Positions 15,921 through 33,129 of a stretch of DNA of 64,000 bases are shown piece after piece. The notes beneath the pieces were generated by a model. That model was not told where the DNA came from. It made no database searches and worked only from the letters and a program-made list of their open reading frames with translations. This DNA comes from the human T2T-CHM13v2.0 reference genome, Homo sapiens. The translations under genes and the position numbers were made by a program. How positions within the stretch are numbered: the first letter of the stretch is position 1; every line of letters begins with the position of its first letter. The stretch is taken from NCBI RefSeq assembly GCF_009914755.1, contig NC_060935.1. The stretch is one strand, 5' to 3'.

Positions 15921-17221
15921 CTTTCCTAATTTGTAAAACAACTAAAATAACAGGCACAATCTCCTGGGTTGCCAATGATTGCATACAATACTACATATAA
16001 GGCCTTCAGAAGAGTAATACCAGGCAAGCACTCAATGTTTGCCAATATTATTATATTATAGGCAAGATCTTACCTTCCTCAAGCCCAGTTACAATATCAC
16101 TCCATTTTATAATTTTATCTGATCCTTTCCCTATAAGGAATTAACGGCTCCTTTTCTTGTGTTTGCACATTGCTTTATAGAGACTTCTATAGCAGCACTT
16201 ACTGCCCAGAATTATAATTATTTATTTACAAATCTATGTATCCTACCAGTCTTATGAACTACTCTGGGGCAGAAATCATGGATTATTCACCTGCAGTAAG
16301 ACACTCAAACATGTGCTGACTAAATTGAATAACTGAAACGGTAACAAAAGCTAGTCTAAATGTTGGCAAATAACATCAATACTTTTCATGAGGTAGCTTT
16401 TACTAACAGGAAGTCTTATGTAGACTGTAAAGCAATATTTAATTAAAAATTCTATGAAGCATATTTCACCAACCTACAAAGTGAGATTTGGGCAAGGACA
16501 TGATACATTTAACAGATGCTAAGGTATACTGCATTGAAGAAGGATTAATAAATGCATTTACTTAAAAGACCATTTAAAATATAAGCTAAAACTAAAGATC
16601 CGAAAACAAAATTAGCCATGGATGTCAACCAACAATGCAGAGGCTGAAATGTTCAAACTCCACTAGTAATCAAAGAAATTAAAATTCAAAAAGCAGTGAG
16701 ATTTTTAATTTAACCAACCAGCAAAGTTTTTATTTAGTCACAATGTTCAAAGCTTCTAGATATGGCAGAAGGAATTATGCTCATACACTGGTAGTATTAG
16801 CATAAATTAGGTAAAACCATTCAATAACTATTCAATAAATATTTACTGAGTGCCTGCTTTACACTTGGAAACCTCATTAAAGAATTTTTCAAAGACAGTG
16901 AAACTATCATGTAGCATGCTAAGTGCAAAAAGTAGAAAATAAAACTCATTTTTCATGTAATCCTAATTCACATAAATAAGCCAATAAATCTGTAACCACG
17001 CCTAGAATAATGACTAGAAAGAAACAGAACACAATGTTAACAGTATTGTTGCATCTTGATAATAGGATAACAACTAATTTTTATTTTTTGCTTTACACTT
17101 TCCCAAGTTTTCTATAGTGAACATGTAATATCTTTTTAACTAGATAAGTAAGAAACCCAGTGTGTTTAATGCAGGGAGTGGAGTGACAGAATCAGATCTG
17201 CACTTCAGAAAAGGTACTCTT

Positions 17222-17520
17222 GGCCAGGCATGTTGGCTCACGCCTGTAATCCCAGCACTTTGGTGGGCCAAAGTGGGCAGATCATTTGAGCCCAGGAGTT
17301 TGAGACCAGCCTGGGCAACATAATAAAACCCGTCTCGACCAAATATAGAAAAATTCGTCAGGCATGGTGGTGCACACCTGTAGTTCCCTGTAGTTCCAGC
17401 TATACTAGAGGCTGAGGTGGGAGGCTCGCCTGAGCCCAGGGAAGCTGAGCCTGCAGTGAGCCATGACCACGCCAGTGCACTCCAGTCTGGACAACAAAGT
17501 GAAACTCTGTCCTCAAAAAA
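17222..17520 (+). mobile_element. AluJ-like element
   Basis: Alu consensus. Confidence 0.85.
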
Positions 17521-17739
17521 TCCCCCAAATCAAAAAAAGCCAGTGATGTCTATTTTAAGCTAAGGCCAATCCTTCCATTAATGCTTTGCATTTCATATCC
17601 TCTAGCCCACTCAGAAAGAGTTTTAATCAAAGTTTCATCATCTCACTTGTTTTAATGAGCTCTCACTAGCTGTAGTATTGACAACAGATTCAAGTGAATC
17701 AAGACAGAAACAAGAATAAAGGATTATTGCAAGAGAACT

Positions 17740-18545
17740 AATTATAAAAGCTCTTCAAGGCCATCCCATTTTATTCAGATTCAAAACCAAAATTGTCAAT
17801 AAAGCACAAGGCCCTGCACAATTGGCATGTCTCTCTCCCCCCTTTCAGAGCCTTACCTGCCTGACCTTTTTCCTCCCCTGTTACAAATAGTCCCCACTCA
17901 TTCTGCTTCAGCTATATTGCTAACCTTGTTTTTTCTATGAAACAGACCAGCAAACTTTCTATAAAGGGTCACAGTAATATTATTAGCTTCCCAAGCCATG
18001 AAGTCTGTCACTACTCAAGTCTACCATTGTAGTGAAAAAGGAGTCATTGACAATCAAATATTAAATGAATAAATAAAATTTGATTAATAAAACAGGTGGC
18101 ACAGGCCAGATTTGGAAGATAAACCCTGGTCAGTCAATCTTTGCTCTAACATAGTAAGTAAGCAGGGTTGTGCCACCTCAGGGTCCTGACTGTTGTTGTC
18201 AGCATAAAAATCCTTTTTCTCTGGTATTTGCATGGCTTGCTCTCTCAGATCCTTTAGGACTCTACTCAAGTACCAACTCTTCCATGAGTCATTTTCTAGC
18301 AACTCAATCTAAAATCATGCCCCACTCTCTTCCCCAAATTATTTTCCTTCCATACCTCCTTACCACCATCTATACTATATATTTTATTTACTAATCTTGT
18401 TTATTGTTTGATAATTATGACATGTAACCTCCATCATGGGAAAAATTTGACTGCTTTTGTTCACGGCTACATTCACAATACTGAAGATAGTGCATGACAA
18501 ACTGCATATACTCAATAAATATTTGTTGACTGAAATGAGTGAAAT
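17740..18545. mobile_element. L2 3' remnant interrupted by a MER58-like hAT element (~17940-18135)
   Basis: CAGCAAACTTTTCTATAAAGGG (MER58 start); CTCAATAAATATTTGTTGA (L2 end). Confidence 0.6.
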
Positions 18546-18778
18546 ATGACAGGTGAAATATCACCTGTGTCTAAGAGTATATGTCAACAACTGAAGTTTT
18601 GTTTGCCAAAGAAACTTTCACGATTTTGAAAATGTCAACAGACTTAACAGTTTCCAAAATGGGTTCAAATACTGAAATTATCATTTGATACTATCAAGAT
18701 GCACATAATGGAAAATTTTATGCAAGCTGCCTGCACCATTTTGCTGTATGATAAAGGGATCTGAATTTGTGCCAATTC

Positions 18779-19000
18779 TTTTTTTTTTAAATGTTTTTTT
18801 ATTTTTAGAGACAATGTCTTGCTCTGTCACCCAGGCTAGAGTGCACTGGTATGATCATACCTCACTATAACCTCAAACTTCTGAGCTCAAGCAACCCTCC
18901 TGCCTAAGCCTCCTGAGTAACTGGGACTATAAGCAAGAGTCATCACGCCAGGCTAATCCCAAAGTGCTGGGATTACAGGCATGAGCCACTGCACCTGACC
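18779..19000 (-). mobile_element. AluJ-like element with internal deletion
   Basis: Alu consensus. Confidence 0.8.
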
Positions 19001-20471
19001 AGTGACAATTCTTTTATAACTTACTTTAAAATTTCATGGTACTTACTTGACAAAGGTATCAAGAATTTTTTAATGATTAAGTATAGCAAAGAAAACCACA
19101 CAAAACAAATGCATAGCTTAATACAGTAGAAGGCAAAAATGAAAAAGAAATTTAGCAGCTACCCCAAGAGAGCTATACATGCCTTTTCTAATAATAATTC
19201 TCTTCTTTACCAAAAATAACTATTAATCTCACTTTTTTAAATTAAAAAAAAATTGTTGACAAGTAAAAATTGTATATATGGCACACAAAATGATGTTTTG
19301 AAATATAAATACAGTGTAGAATGGCTAGATCAAGCTAGTTAACATATGTATTACCTCACAATATAATTTTTTTTTTGTAGTGAAAACACTTAAAATCTAT
19401 TTGGCAATTTTAGGCATACGGTGTTATTAACTAGTCACCACATAGTACATATCTCTTGAACTTATTCCTTATTTTGTTGATAGTTTAGTTTTACAAGTTT
19501 ATTTTCTTTTTAAGGACACGTTAATGTTATCCCCTCTATCCCTTATTTTTCTTGCAATTTATTTGTTCAGGACACCAAATCCACTGTCCTACAGTTTCCA
19601 GATACTGTAGACTACATTCCCATGTTCCTCTGTTCTTTGTTTATCCTGTGAATCATCACTTCAACATATTCAGGTTCAATTTCTGTGGCAAAACTACTTC
19701 TCTGGTGTTGAGGAGTTCTTTATTAAGAGACATATGATACCTGGTTATTTCTCTTTTTATTAGCAGATGTTGATACTCAATATAAAAACTTTTAATTTAT
19801 TAGCAATTTCAGAATGCTGACATTCCCATTCTATCATTCATTCATCTGTGACTAGTTGGAATACTTTTATAAAAACAAAAGTACTTTACTCATTTACTAT
19901 CTTATTATATAGTGGTAAAGTTCATATACAAAAGGAAGGATACGTATTTGACTCTTTGAGTCATTTTAACATGGCTTTGATAACTTCCTTACTACCTGGA
20001 GTGACAAGATGATTCCTAGCTTATCATGCTGCAGAACTGAAATCAACCATTTTTCTGATTTTTTTAATTGGTTTAGTTTTGTGGGAAGTTGTATTTCAAG
20101 ACCACGATCTGGGCATTGAGGATGCTCACAGGTACTGGGTTTACCAATGTCTCTAAGCCTTTTCAGTAAACAGGGTTAGGAAACACACACATAGACACCC
20201 CCCCTGACCCCCACACATTTTTAACTTAAAAAAAAAAAAAAAAAGATAAAACTCATGAGTTCATTCTGATAGTTCATGTTTTCTTAACCTTTTCTAGCTT
20301 ACCTATTATTTGCATTTCCCACACTGAAAATCTTGGTTTTCAAGGACACAGATAATACAATTAAGATATCATACTATTTTGTCTCAAATTATATACAAAA
20401 CATTTTCAGAATAACAATACTGATACCATTACCAATGTCATTAAAGAAAAGTTTAAAAAGTTTGTGTATGT

Positions 20472-20778
20472 GGCCAGGTGCAGTGGCTCACGCCTGTAAT
20501 CCCAGCACTGTGGAGGCCGAGGCGAGCGGATCACAAGGTCAGGAGTTTGAGACCAGCCTGGCCAACATGGTGAAACACCATCTGTACTAAAAATACAAAA
20601 AAATTAGCCGGGCGTGGTTGCAGGTGCCTGTAATCCCAGCTACTCAGGAGACTGAGGGCAGGAGAATTGCTTGCATCTGGGAGGTAGAGGTTGCAGTGAG
20701 CCCAGATCGAGCCATTGCACTCCAGCCCGGCAAGAAGAGCGAAAGTCCGTCTCAAAAACAAACAAACAAACAAACAAA
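20472..20778 (+). mobile_element. AluS with (CAAA)n tail
   Basis: Alu consensus. Confidence 0.9.
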
Positions 20779-21183
20779 CTTAAAGTGCACTCTCACCCTA
20801 CTTTCCCTAATGTTAAGAACTTACGTAACTAGAGTACAATTACCAAAACAGAAAATTAACATTGGTAAAATACGATTAAACAGATTTTATTCAAATTTCA
20901 CCAGTTTTCCTTCAATGTCCTTTTTTATTCCAGGATCCATGTCTCAGTGTATTCTTTTTTTCCTTGGTCTCCTCCAACCCTTAGTCTCCTCCATTCCTCA
21001 TTCTTTCTTTGTCTCTTCTGACCCTGACACAGTTATTCTGTAGAATACCTCTTAATTTGGGCTTGTTTGGTGTTTTCTCTAGATTAGATTGAGGTTATAC
21101 AATCTAATGTGGAATTTTTTGACAATACTTCCACAAAAGTTACGTTGTGCTTTGTATAAAGAGTTACATGATGTCAATATACC

Positions 21184-21542
21184 TGATATGGTTTGGCTGT
21201 GTCCCCACCCAAATCTCACCTTGAATTGTAATAATCCCTATGTGTCTAGGGCAGGGCCAGGTGGAGATAACTGAATCACGGGGGTGGTTCCCCCATACTG
21301 TTCTCGTGTAGTGAATAAGTCTCAGGAGATGTGATGGTTTTATAAATGGGAGTTCCCCTGCACAAGCTCTCTTGCCTCCCGCCAAGACATGCCTTTGCTT
21401 CTCCTTTGCCTTCCACCATGATTATGAGGTCTCCCCAGCCATGCAGAACTGTGAGTCCATTAAACTTCTTTCCTTTATAAATTACCCAGTCTCAGGTGTC
21501 TCAGGTATATCTTTATTAGCAGCATGAGAACAGACTAATACA
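21184..21542 (+). mobile_element. THE1 (ERVL-MaLR) solo LTR inserted into an old L1
   Basis: TGATATGGTTTGGCTGTGTCCCCACCCAAATCTC...CAGACTAATACA; imperfect 5-bp TSD ATACC/ACACC. Confidence 0.9.
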
Positions 21543-23646
21543 ACACCTTACTGGTGAGGTTAACTATTTGATTAAGGTGATGTCAACTGGTTATTTCACC
21601 GTAAAATTACCATTTTCACCTTTGTAACAGATAAATATCCTGGGGGAGATACTTTGAAATTATGCTAATATCCTGCTTCTAAACAAACTTTCACCCACTA
21701 ATTTTAGTATCTATCAGGGATCTTGCTTGCAACAATTATTACTGTAGCATTTTCTTAATGGTGATTTTCTACTTCCCTCATTACATCTACATGTTTTAAC
21801 TTATGTTCACTTGCAGGGAAAAGCTGCCCCTTCACCTTTATTTATTTATTCAAATTGTACTTACATAAGTCTGAACTCATAGATATTATTCTATGGATTA
21901 AAATCTATCTTTATATATTTTGTTACTAAAACTCTTACTGCTTTCAATATTGGGAAACTCCTTCCACTGGCACCTATGTCCTAATGATACGCCCAAATCC
22001 CTTTTTGAGCACATCCTTATTTTCCTGCATTACCAGATGTTTCAGGCTCATCTTGTGTTTTCCCTGCCTGTTCTTGAGATCAATCTCTTCTCTAAGGAGC
22101 TCTGGTTCCTCTTACAGGAGAATGACATTTTGAAATCAAAATCTGGAGGCTGTGTTCATTGTTACTGGGGTGTCACTGCTCTTAGATTCCTCTCATAAAC
22201 ACATATATGCAGGTATACTAACTCATACATATGATTAAACTTTTATTTATTTATCACCTACTACTGATGTTTTGTCAGTCATTTTGGCTATCTAAAGCTC
22301 ATTCACGAGAAGATTCCTATACAAAACACTCACGGGAAAAGAGATTATAGATATTGGTAACAGCTTATCTGCAGTCTATCTGAAAGTCACATTGGCTGGA
22401 CATAAAGTCCCTGGCTGACATTTTCTCCCCCCGAGAGTCTCTCAAATACATTATGGCATTTTCTTCTGGAATAAAGCACTGATGTCAAAAAGAGTGAAGG
22501 CAGTCTGATTTTCCTTCCCTTGTAAGTCATTTGGTCTTTTTGTCTGGATACGCAAGGTATTTCTTTCTTCAAAGCCCTGTAATTTTACTAGAAAATGTCT
22601 TGATGTTGAATGGTCTGCACTGAGTTTCCAACTACTTCAGGAAAGTGTTTTCCAACACAGTCTTTAGTTATTTATCTGTCCCCTTGCTTTTTCTTTTTTG
22701 TGGACACCTATCTCTTGGATCTTCTTTGCCTATTTTCAGTATAGCATTTTCTCTCAAATCCTTATATCCTATGTTTCTTTTGTTTTTTACAAATACCCTG
22801 TTTTCTAATTTTCTATTTTGTAAAGGCATTAATTCTTATGTTTGTTGACTCAGATGTTTATCTTAATCTTTTTAAAATTTTAACTCTTCTGAGTCCTACC
22901 ACTTATTATAGTGCTCATGTTTGATGGGCATGTCTTTCTGAGAAGCTTTCACTGTCCGTAGGGATGTTATTCTGCTTCTTGTTCTCTCTTGTTCTTATAA
23001 TCCCAGGAGATTTGAACTTGCTCCCTTTTAGTTGTCTGGTTTTATGTACAAGTAGATTTCCTAAACTTTTAGAAAAAAGTCATTTTTATGATAGTTTTGC
23101 CAATTTCATAACTTTAGAGCTCCCGTTATTTTTGTGAAATACTCAAATTAAAGCAATGTACTTTATGAGATCACCTAACTCTATTCTTCTCCCATAAATT
23201 TATTTGAACCTTCTTTTTGTTTGTCCTGTTGTCCCTGTCCTACTTAATTTGGAGCCTATGCCCAGCAGTTTCACATCAGCGTGGAGCTTAATCCTGGAAA
23301 GGCTTTGGGTGGTGAGGATTGAGAATTCATGAGGCCCATAGTACCTGAGAATCTTTAAGACCTTTGTTGTAGATTTTGTCTATACGTTTTTGTTGTTACC
23401 ATCAATATGTTCCTTTTATGGGGGAATTGGTAGAGACTCAAAATCCACACCACTATTACTTTCCAAAATTCATGAATGATAAATTTTCCCCTTCTAATTC
23501 AAACCACAACAAACTCAGAGCAAACCAATTTCAACAGTTCCTCCAATCATGAAAGATTTCTTCTGTTTCTTTCTCCTTTTCTTCCTTGCTTCCTTCCTTC
23601 CCTCCTTCTCCAATAAGGAAAAATCTTTCACATAAGAAGCACTAGA

Positions 23647-25020
<1,374 letters not shown>

Positions 25021-25084
25021 TGCATTATTATACATTCAGTACATAAACTTTTTGATCCCCATCCATAAGTTTCTAGAAATTGCC

Positions 25085-26280
<1,196 letters not shown>

Positions 26281-27106
26281 ACCTTGCAATCTAGAATAAA
26301 AAAATAATATAAATACAGGATAAGGGTGTCACCCTTGGGGCCTCCTGAATACAGTGAGAATCCTGGAACTTTGGTCCACAGAGTTGATAGAAGAGATATT
26401 GGCTTCCATGGAACATGAGGCTTTTGAGTGGTTCCTGGACCCTCTCAACATAAATCCCATCTGCTTGTTTCTCCAGTTGTCACCTGGGAGAAAACAGCTT
26501 CTGGATGGCCATAAGAACTGTTGCAAAGACTATTCCTAAGGCTAGATGTTGCTCCTGTTGGCAAGCTATGATCCCTGTCCTAGATCGATCTCCGTATACT
26601 GATGCCAAGTGTTGTCTGTAGTAGTTTTGCGAATCTGAATACTGAAACCTAAGAAGGATCCCGACAGGGACTAAAGATATAAAACTGCAATGTATGGAAA
26701 AATACTGTGTTGTGTAGCTCATTTATTAATGAACACATTGACTCATGTATGGGAGCTTATCCAATTCACAAGTTTACCATGACAATGCCATGTTCCACTT
26801 TTAATTTTTTTAATACAAAAAAGTCCCTAGATAACGATACAGGGAAGTAAGTTCTTTTATCTCCAGTCATATTAAAATTCTCATCAAAGTTACAAAGAAA
26901 TCATTATGAGTAACATCATAAATATCTGTGCTTTCATCAGGTACAATAGAAAATATAAAAAATAATTTAACATCTTGTCTCACTTATTACCAGTAATCTA
27001 TTCACTACGAGCAAGAGTATTTCCAATTGTCCTTACATATGCAAATGCTCATTCTAGTTTGATACACTTTTTTGCTGCACTCAAACTCAAAATGAAAAGA
27101 AAGTTT

Positions 27107-27437
<331 letters not shown>

Positions 27438-27578
27438 TTAAGAATATATAGCTGCACATCTCAGCATTCAAAAATGAATCTCCTTAAAATATCAGTCCTC
27501 CCCCTCCCAATTTCTTCCTCAGGTACCTTTTACGTTAACCATCATAGTTTTTACAATGGATAGTTTCATAGTATTACA

Positions 27579-27935
27579 TGTTACAGACTGAATTGTGTCC
27601 CCCACAAATTCATATATTGAAGCCCTAATCCCCAATGCGACTGTATTTAGAGACAGAGCCTTTGGTGAGGTAATTATGGTTAAAGAATTCTCACAAGAGT
27701 GGGGGACTTTAACATTACAGGAATGGTGCTCTTATAAGATCAGAGGAACAGAAAACAGATAGCTTTTTCTCCACACACACAGAGAAGAGAGTCATTTGCA
27801 AGCCAGGAAAAGAGCCCTCATCAGAAATCAAATTTGCTACTTTTAACTCCAGAACTGAGAAAATAAGTTTCTGTTGTTTTAAGCCATCCAGTCTGTGGTA
27901 TTTTGTTATGAATAGCCTGAACAGACTAATAGACT
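27579..27935 (+). mobile_element. MaLR LTR (MLT1A/MST-like)
   Basis: TGTTACAGACTGAATTGTGTCCCCC...AAATTCATATATTGAAGCCCTAA...GTCTGTGGTATTTTGTTA...GACTAA. Confidence 0.75.
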
Positions 27936-28048
27936 ACGTTAAGTTATATTATTTTGCCACATAGAACTTAAGCTTTATATCTGACATCACATTAATAATG
28001 ATCAAAGGAAAATCATCAGTAAGTTAATCTACCTACTATAACTATACT

Positions 28049-28335
28049 GGGCTGGGTGCAGTGGCTCACGCCTATAATCTTAACATGTTGGGAGATGGGG
28101 GGGAGGATTGCCTGAGGCCAGGAGTTTGAGACCAGATGGGGCAACATAGTGAGACCCTGTCTCTACAAAAAATTAAAAAAGTAGCCAGGCATGGTAGCAT
28201 GTGCCTGTAGTCCCAGCGAGGCAGGAGGATCCCTTGAGCCCAGGAAATGGAGGTTACAGTGAGTTGTGATTGTGGCACTAGATTCCAGCCTGGGGAGTAA
28301 GAGCAAGACCTTGACTCTAAAAATAAATAAATACA
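28049..28335 (+). mobile_element. AluJ-like element
   Basis: Alu consensus. Confidence 0.85.
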
Positions 28336-28689
28336 AAAACCAACTATACTGACATACTTCACTTCAACAATTAGCAACTCTCTCCTTTTTCTGAAATAAT
28401 TCTTGGTCTTTGTTATTCCAAAATTGATAAAGACATGAATACAATAAATATCTTATTTTCATGTTAACTACACTGTAAGAAAAAAATATAAGTCCAAGCA
28501 CCTGAGACTAAGCCCGATTTTAGAGGACAAAAGAAAGGAGTATGGCAAAATGGAGTGTAAATCTCACGTAAATAGAAACAACCATTACTCAGCTACAGAG
28601 TATTTTTGACATATAAAAATGATGATCCAAAGTTGACAACTTTTCTAATTTTCAATTTTAGATGTCGACAGCAACTTCATTTAAAAAAT

Positions 28690-29200
28690 CAGTCATATGA
28701 AAACATATGTTCCCTCAAAAATTTGTATATTAACATTCACCGCTGCATTATCTATACCAAAAGGTGGAAAAATCCAAATGTCCATCAAGTGAACAGATAA
28801 ATAAAATGTGGTATATCAATACAAATAAATATTATTCATGTGTAAAAAGGAATGAAGTACTGATACATGCTACAACATGGATGTTGTAATATTTAGCATA
28901 TGTTTTTAACATTATGTTAGTGTAATGTTAAAAAAATTACGCTAGATGAAAATGTCAGACACAGATGGCCACATGCTGTATGATTCTATTTTTATGAAAT
29001 GCTACAAAGAGACAAATCCATAAAGACAAAGTAGATTAATGGTTTACAGGGGATGAGGGTAGGGAGAAATGGCAAGTAACTTCTAAGTGGGTACAGAGTT
29101 TCTTTGTGGGGTGCTAGAAATGTTCTAGAATTAGTGGTTATGGTTGCACAATGCTGTGAATATACTAAAATCACTAAAATGGTGAATTTTATCTTAGCTT
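28690..29200 (+). mobile_element. L1MB-like 3' end
   Basis: CCAAATGTCCATCAA, AAAAGGAATGAAGTACTGATACATGCTACAACATGGATG. Confidence 0.75.
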
Positions 29201-30544
29201 TTTAAAAACAAAGCAGCACTGTAGAAACCAAAATAAACACGTTTTTGGGCCAAATTAGGTCTGTGAACTGCCAGTCTGTAAATTCTGTTCTTTATATGAA
29301 ATTCTCAAGTGATATCTTATCTGATCACCTGTAGGCAGAAGTGCATGACTGTAAAAATTTAAAAAAGGACAGTCTTCTTTCAATTAGTAGAATTAAAAAC
29401 TAAATGTTAGTTGGGCTTCCCTCAGCTTTTTCCCCAGAAAAGTTTCTTTTTAACTTTTTGGTCCCTTCTAAATTAGAATACAGTATCCAATGTAGAGAGA
29501 AAATATATATTAAATTCCATGGTGTTTTATATGCACGATACCTTCCAGGTAGTATTATCACCTAAATTAAGACAATGGATCTTAAACTCCCATAAAAGGG
29601 TATAAATGACACCAAACACTTACTTGGAAATCTACCACAGTCTGAGAATAACAACTCAAAAAGTATTTGAGCGTTTCAAGCCTGATGCCACGACTAGCCC
29701 TAATATAAGTGGGATACAAATAGTATAAATAAAGTTTCAGATGTTCCTTGAAGTATAATCAGACTTTCATGGGAGTTGGGGAGACAACATCTGAGGGAGA
29801 GAAACAGCATGCAGACACAGAAGGGAATGCCCAAGACATATGGAGAAAACAAAAGCATCTAGATGATCTGGAACCAGTACTCATGTAAGAAAAAGCAGGA
29901 GCTATTGCTAGAAAGAGAGACCAGACTGAGATTCTGAATGTTAGTCTAGCAAATTTAGACTTTCAGAAGGCAATTCGAATTGTCTTTGAAACAAAGTCAA
30001 CTTAATTATTTAGTTGGTGTCACCATTTTCTAGGCCACTTATTGCCATTTTCCATTTTTTTGCCCACTTTTACAGTTAATACGTTTCTCCTTAACACCTA
30101 TACAAAAATAAAAACTTATCTTACTGAGTTAAGATACAAGGCATGGCAATTTAACTAATGACTAAAGAAAAATCTATTTTAGCTACAAGAATAAGAGTGG
30201 TTGTTATTCCCTCTCCAGTGCCTATTTATTTTTATTTCTTGCTGCCCAATTTGCAAATATCTAACCATGCTTAATTTTTAACTTTTGTCACATTTTGCTT
30301 CAACACTCTATGTTAGACATTCCCCAGGACTGTTTCCAGCTTTTGACATACTCCTTCCCACCTGGCCCTGATCCCCCAACACAGCCCAAGGGTAATGTTT
30401 GTTTACATCCGAAAGGAATAAAAATGACAGAACAGAATCATATTTATTTGGTCTTGCCATGGAATAGACTACAAGAACTACATCTGAGAGGACAAGGGTG
30501 AGAGACAGGGTTTTTGGGGGCTGAAATTATATGTAAGTGCAGCA

Positions 30545-30790
30545 TTAAAAGGGCACAGGGACTCTGGAGACAGATTGCCTAGTTTTGAATATTAGGTCTG
30601 CCATTAACAAGCTATGTGACCTTGGGAAAATTACCGAAATCACTCTTTATCTAATTTCCCTCATCTGAAAAAAGGGAAGTAATAATATTACACTACTAAA
30701 CAGGGTTTGTTGTGAAAATGATCTGACAATATAGGCAAAAGCATTTAGAACAGTATTGGCACATGGTAAATGGTTTATGTGTTACTGTTT
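30545..30790 (+). mobile_element. MIR
   Basis: GCTATGTGACCTTGGGAAA...CCTCATCTG core. Confidence 0.7.
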
Positions 30791-30972
30791 TATCTACTAT
30801 AGTGTAAGCTTTACAAAAGCAAGGATTTTAGTCCTTCTTTATTAAACTATATGCCTAAAATCATGCTTAGCACAGAGAAGGTGCACAGTAAGTATTCACT
30901 GAATGAATGAATGAATGAATAAGAAACATTTTGTTGTTAGAGAAAGAGAAGCAGAAAAGCAAAAGAGAAGGT

Positions 30973-31272
30973 AGGCTGTGCGCAGTTGCTCACATCTGTA
31001 ATCCCAGAACTTCGGAGGGCTGAGGCAAGAGGATTGCTTGAAGTCAGGAGTTCGAGACCAGCCTGGGCAACAAAGTGAGACCATGTCTTTACAAAATTAA
31101 AAATTAAAAAACATTAGCCAGGCATGGTGGCGCACACCTGTAGTCCCAGCCACTCAGGAGGCTGAGGCAGGAGGATCACTTGAGCCCAGGAGTTCCAGAT
31201 TGCAGCATACTATGATTGCACTACTGCACTCCAGCCCGGGTGACAGAGTGAGACTGTCTCTAAAATAAAAAT
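30973..31272 (+). mobile_element. AluJ-like element
   Basis: Alu consensus. Confidence 0.85.
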
Positions 31273-31639
31273 AGAAGACAGAAAAACAAAGAGAATGAAA
31301 TGTCCTGCTCCTCCTCTTCTACTTTTTCAAGGATGCCATCCCTCACAGACCATTTTCTCTTAGTTGTGTTGAGAGGTATAACATCAGCATTCATTGAGAA
31401 ATGTTTTCAGAAACAGGTGTATAACGGCCTTTGGTGTATTTGTTTCAGAAGTTAGGAGATGACCTTATTACTCAAAATATGGTCCTCTAACCAGCAGTAT
31501 CAGCATTACATAGGTCCTTGTTAAAATAGCCAATCAGCAGACAGCCAAGACCCACTCCACCAGATTCTGTACTTTAAAAAACTCCCGAAGTGAACACCCA
31601 GCATATTAAAGTTTGAGAAGTACTACTCTAGACCACTTT

Positions 31640-31870
31640 AAGAGCATAGGGTATAGAAGGATCAGGCTTCAAATCTAGACTCTGACACTTAATTATGTAT
31701 ATGACCTGAGGCAACATTATAAATGTTCCAATTTCCTCATCTGTAAAATTAAAATAATAATAGTAGTTACCTCAAAGAGTTGCTATGAGGATTAAATGAA
31801 AATCCATATGCAGCATTTGGTAGACTGCAAAGAAAACAGGATGTGCCCAATAAATGTTAGCTGTTGTTAT
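31640..31870 (+). mobile_element. MIR, preceded by a MER5-like remnant at ~31465-31630
   Basis: TTTCCTCATCTGTAAAAT...GAGGATTAAATGA. Confidence 0.7.
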
Positions 31871-32258
31871 TGTTGAAATCCCCCATTATCTACTATAAGG
31901 CCCCACAAAGAAATTTCAGCATTAACTATTAGGAATAGCTTACCTAGAAAAAGTTTGTTCTGTTTTTCTTTCTACTTTAAACTACACAATTAGTCTCCCT
32001 TCAAGATCAGTGTCAATTTTGAGGTCTTGTATTAGAAATAATTGCCTCTTAAATTTCTATTATTCTGACCTTGGTTTCCAATTCACATTTTCTCTGGCTT
32101 TGATTTTAATTGTGTATGGGAATAAGAAAATATGTGAATGAATGACCAAAATGAACAAGTAACATTAAGTTTAAACCTAGAACTAATCCTTGGAAAATAC
32201 TACTAAAAAAGAATAGAAATTCAACAGGAGGCTCAGACTACTTTTAAATTATTATGCG

Positions 32259-32560
32259 TGGCTGGGCACAGTGACTCATTCCTATAATCCCAGCACTTTG
32301 GGAAGCCAAGGCAGGAGGGTCGCCTGAGGCCAAGTCAAGACCAGCCTGGGCAACAGAGCAAGATCCCATCTCTACAAAAAATAAAAAATGAAAACTAGCT
32401 GGGCCTGATGGCACATGCCTGTAGTCTTATCTACTCAGGAAAGGCTGAAGGGCTGGGATCACTTGAGCCCAAGAGTTCTAAGCTGCAGTGAGCAATGACT
32501 GCACCACTGTACTTCAGCCTGGGCGACAGAGAGAGATCCTGTCTCAAAGGGGAAAAAAAA
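32259..32560 (+). mobile_element. AluJ-like element
   Basis: Alu consensus. Confidence 0.85.
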
Positions 32561-33129
32561 GGCTTTCCTAAAGTAGTCTATAAGTTTAATTTTAACATAT
32601 GAAAAATAATTTTTCAAAGCAGAAATTGGGCTTAGAAATAAAACCACCACAGACATTTGAAATAAAACCACATAAGCAATGAAGGACGGTAATCAACATT
32701 TCGGCTAAAAGCAATGCTTAATACATAGGAACATTATTATATACTACACGGAAAGGCATAATTCCTTGTTTACAAGCAATGCTTGCAGATATGGAATGCT
32801 TTCTATAAATGGTTTCCTGAGAGCAGCAAATAAAGGAATAACATTATTTTTAGGTTCTAATCAAAACTAGCAGAAGCAAACTAAAAGCAAAGAAAACATA
32901 ATAAGGAAAGCAAATTCCTTCCCTTGTCATTAAAAGGTTATCAATAACAAATATTAACTAAAAAGATGTTGGTCAAAATTTCAGTTGGTTTCTTTCCTTT
33001 TGAAGAGCTCAGGACTTGGCTCTGTCTTCCTAGAATGGTTAGAATTTGATCTGCCTAGTTAAGCAAATTAGAAAACTCAATCAGAAATCAGGTTTAACAA
33101 TTACAATTATCATAGACTTAAGAGTTTTC

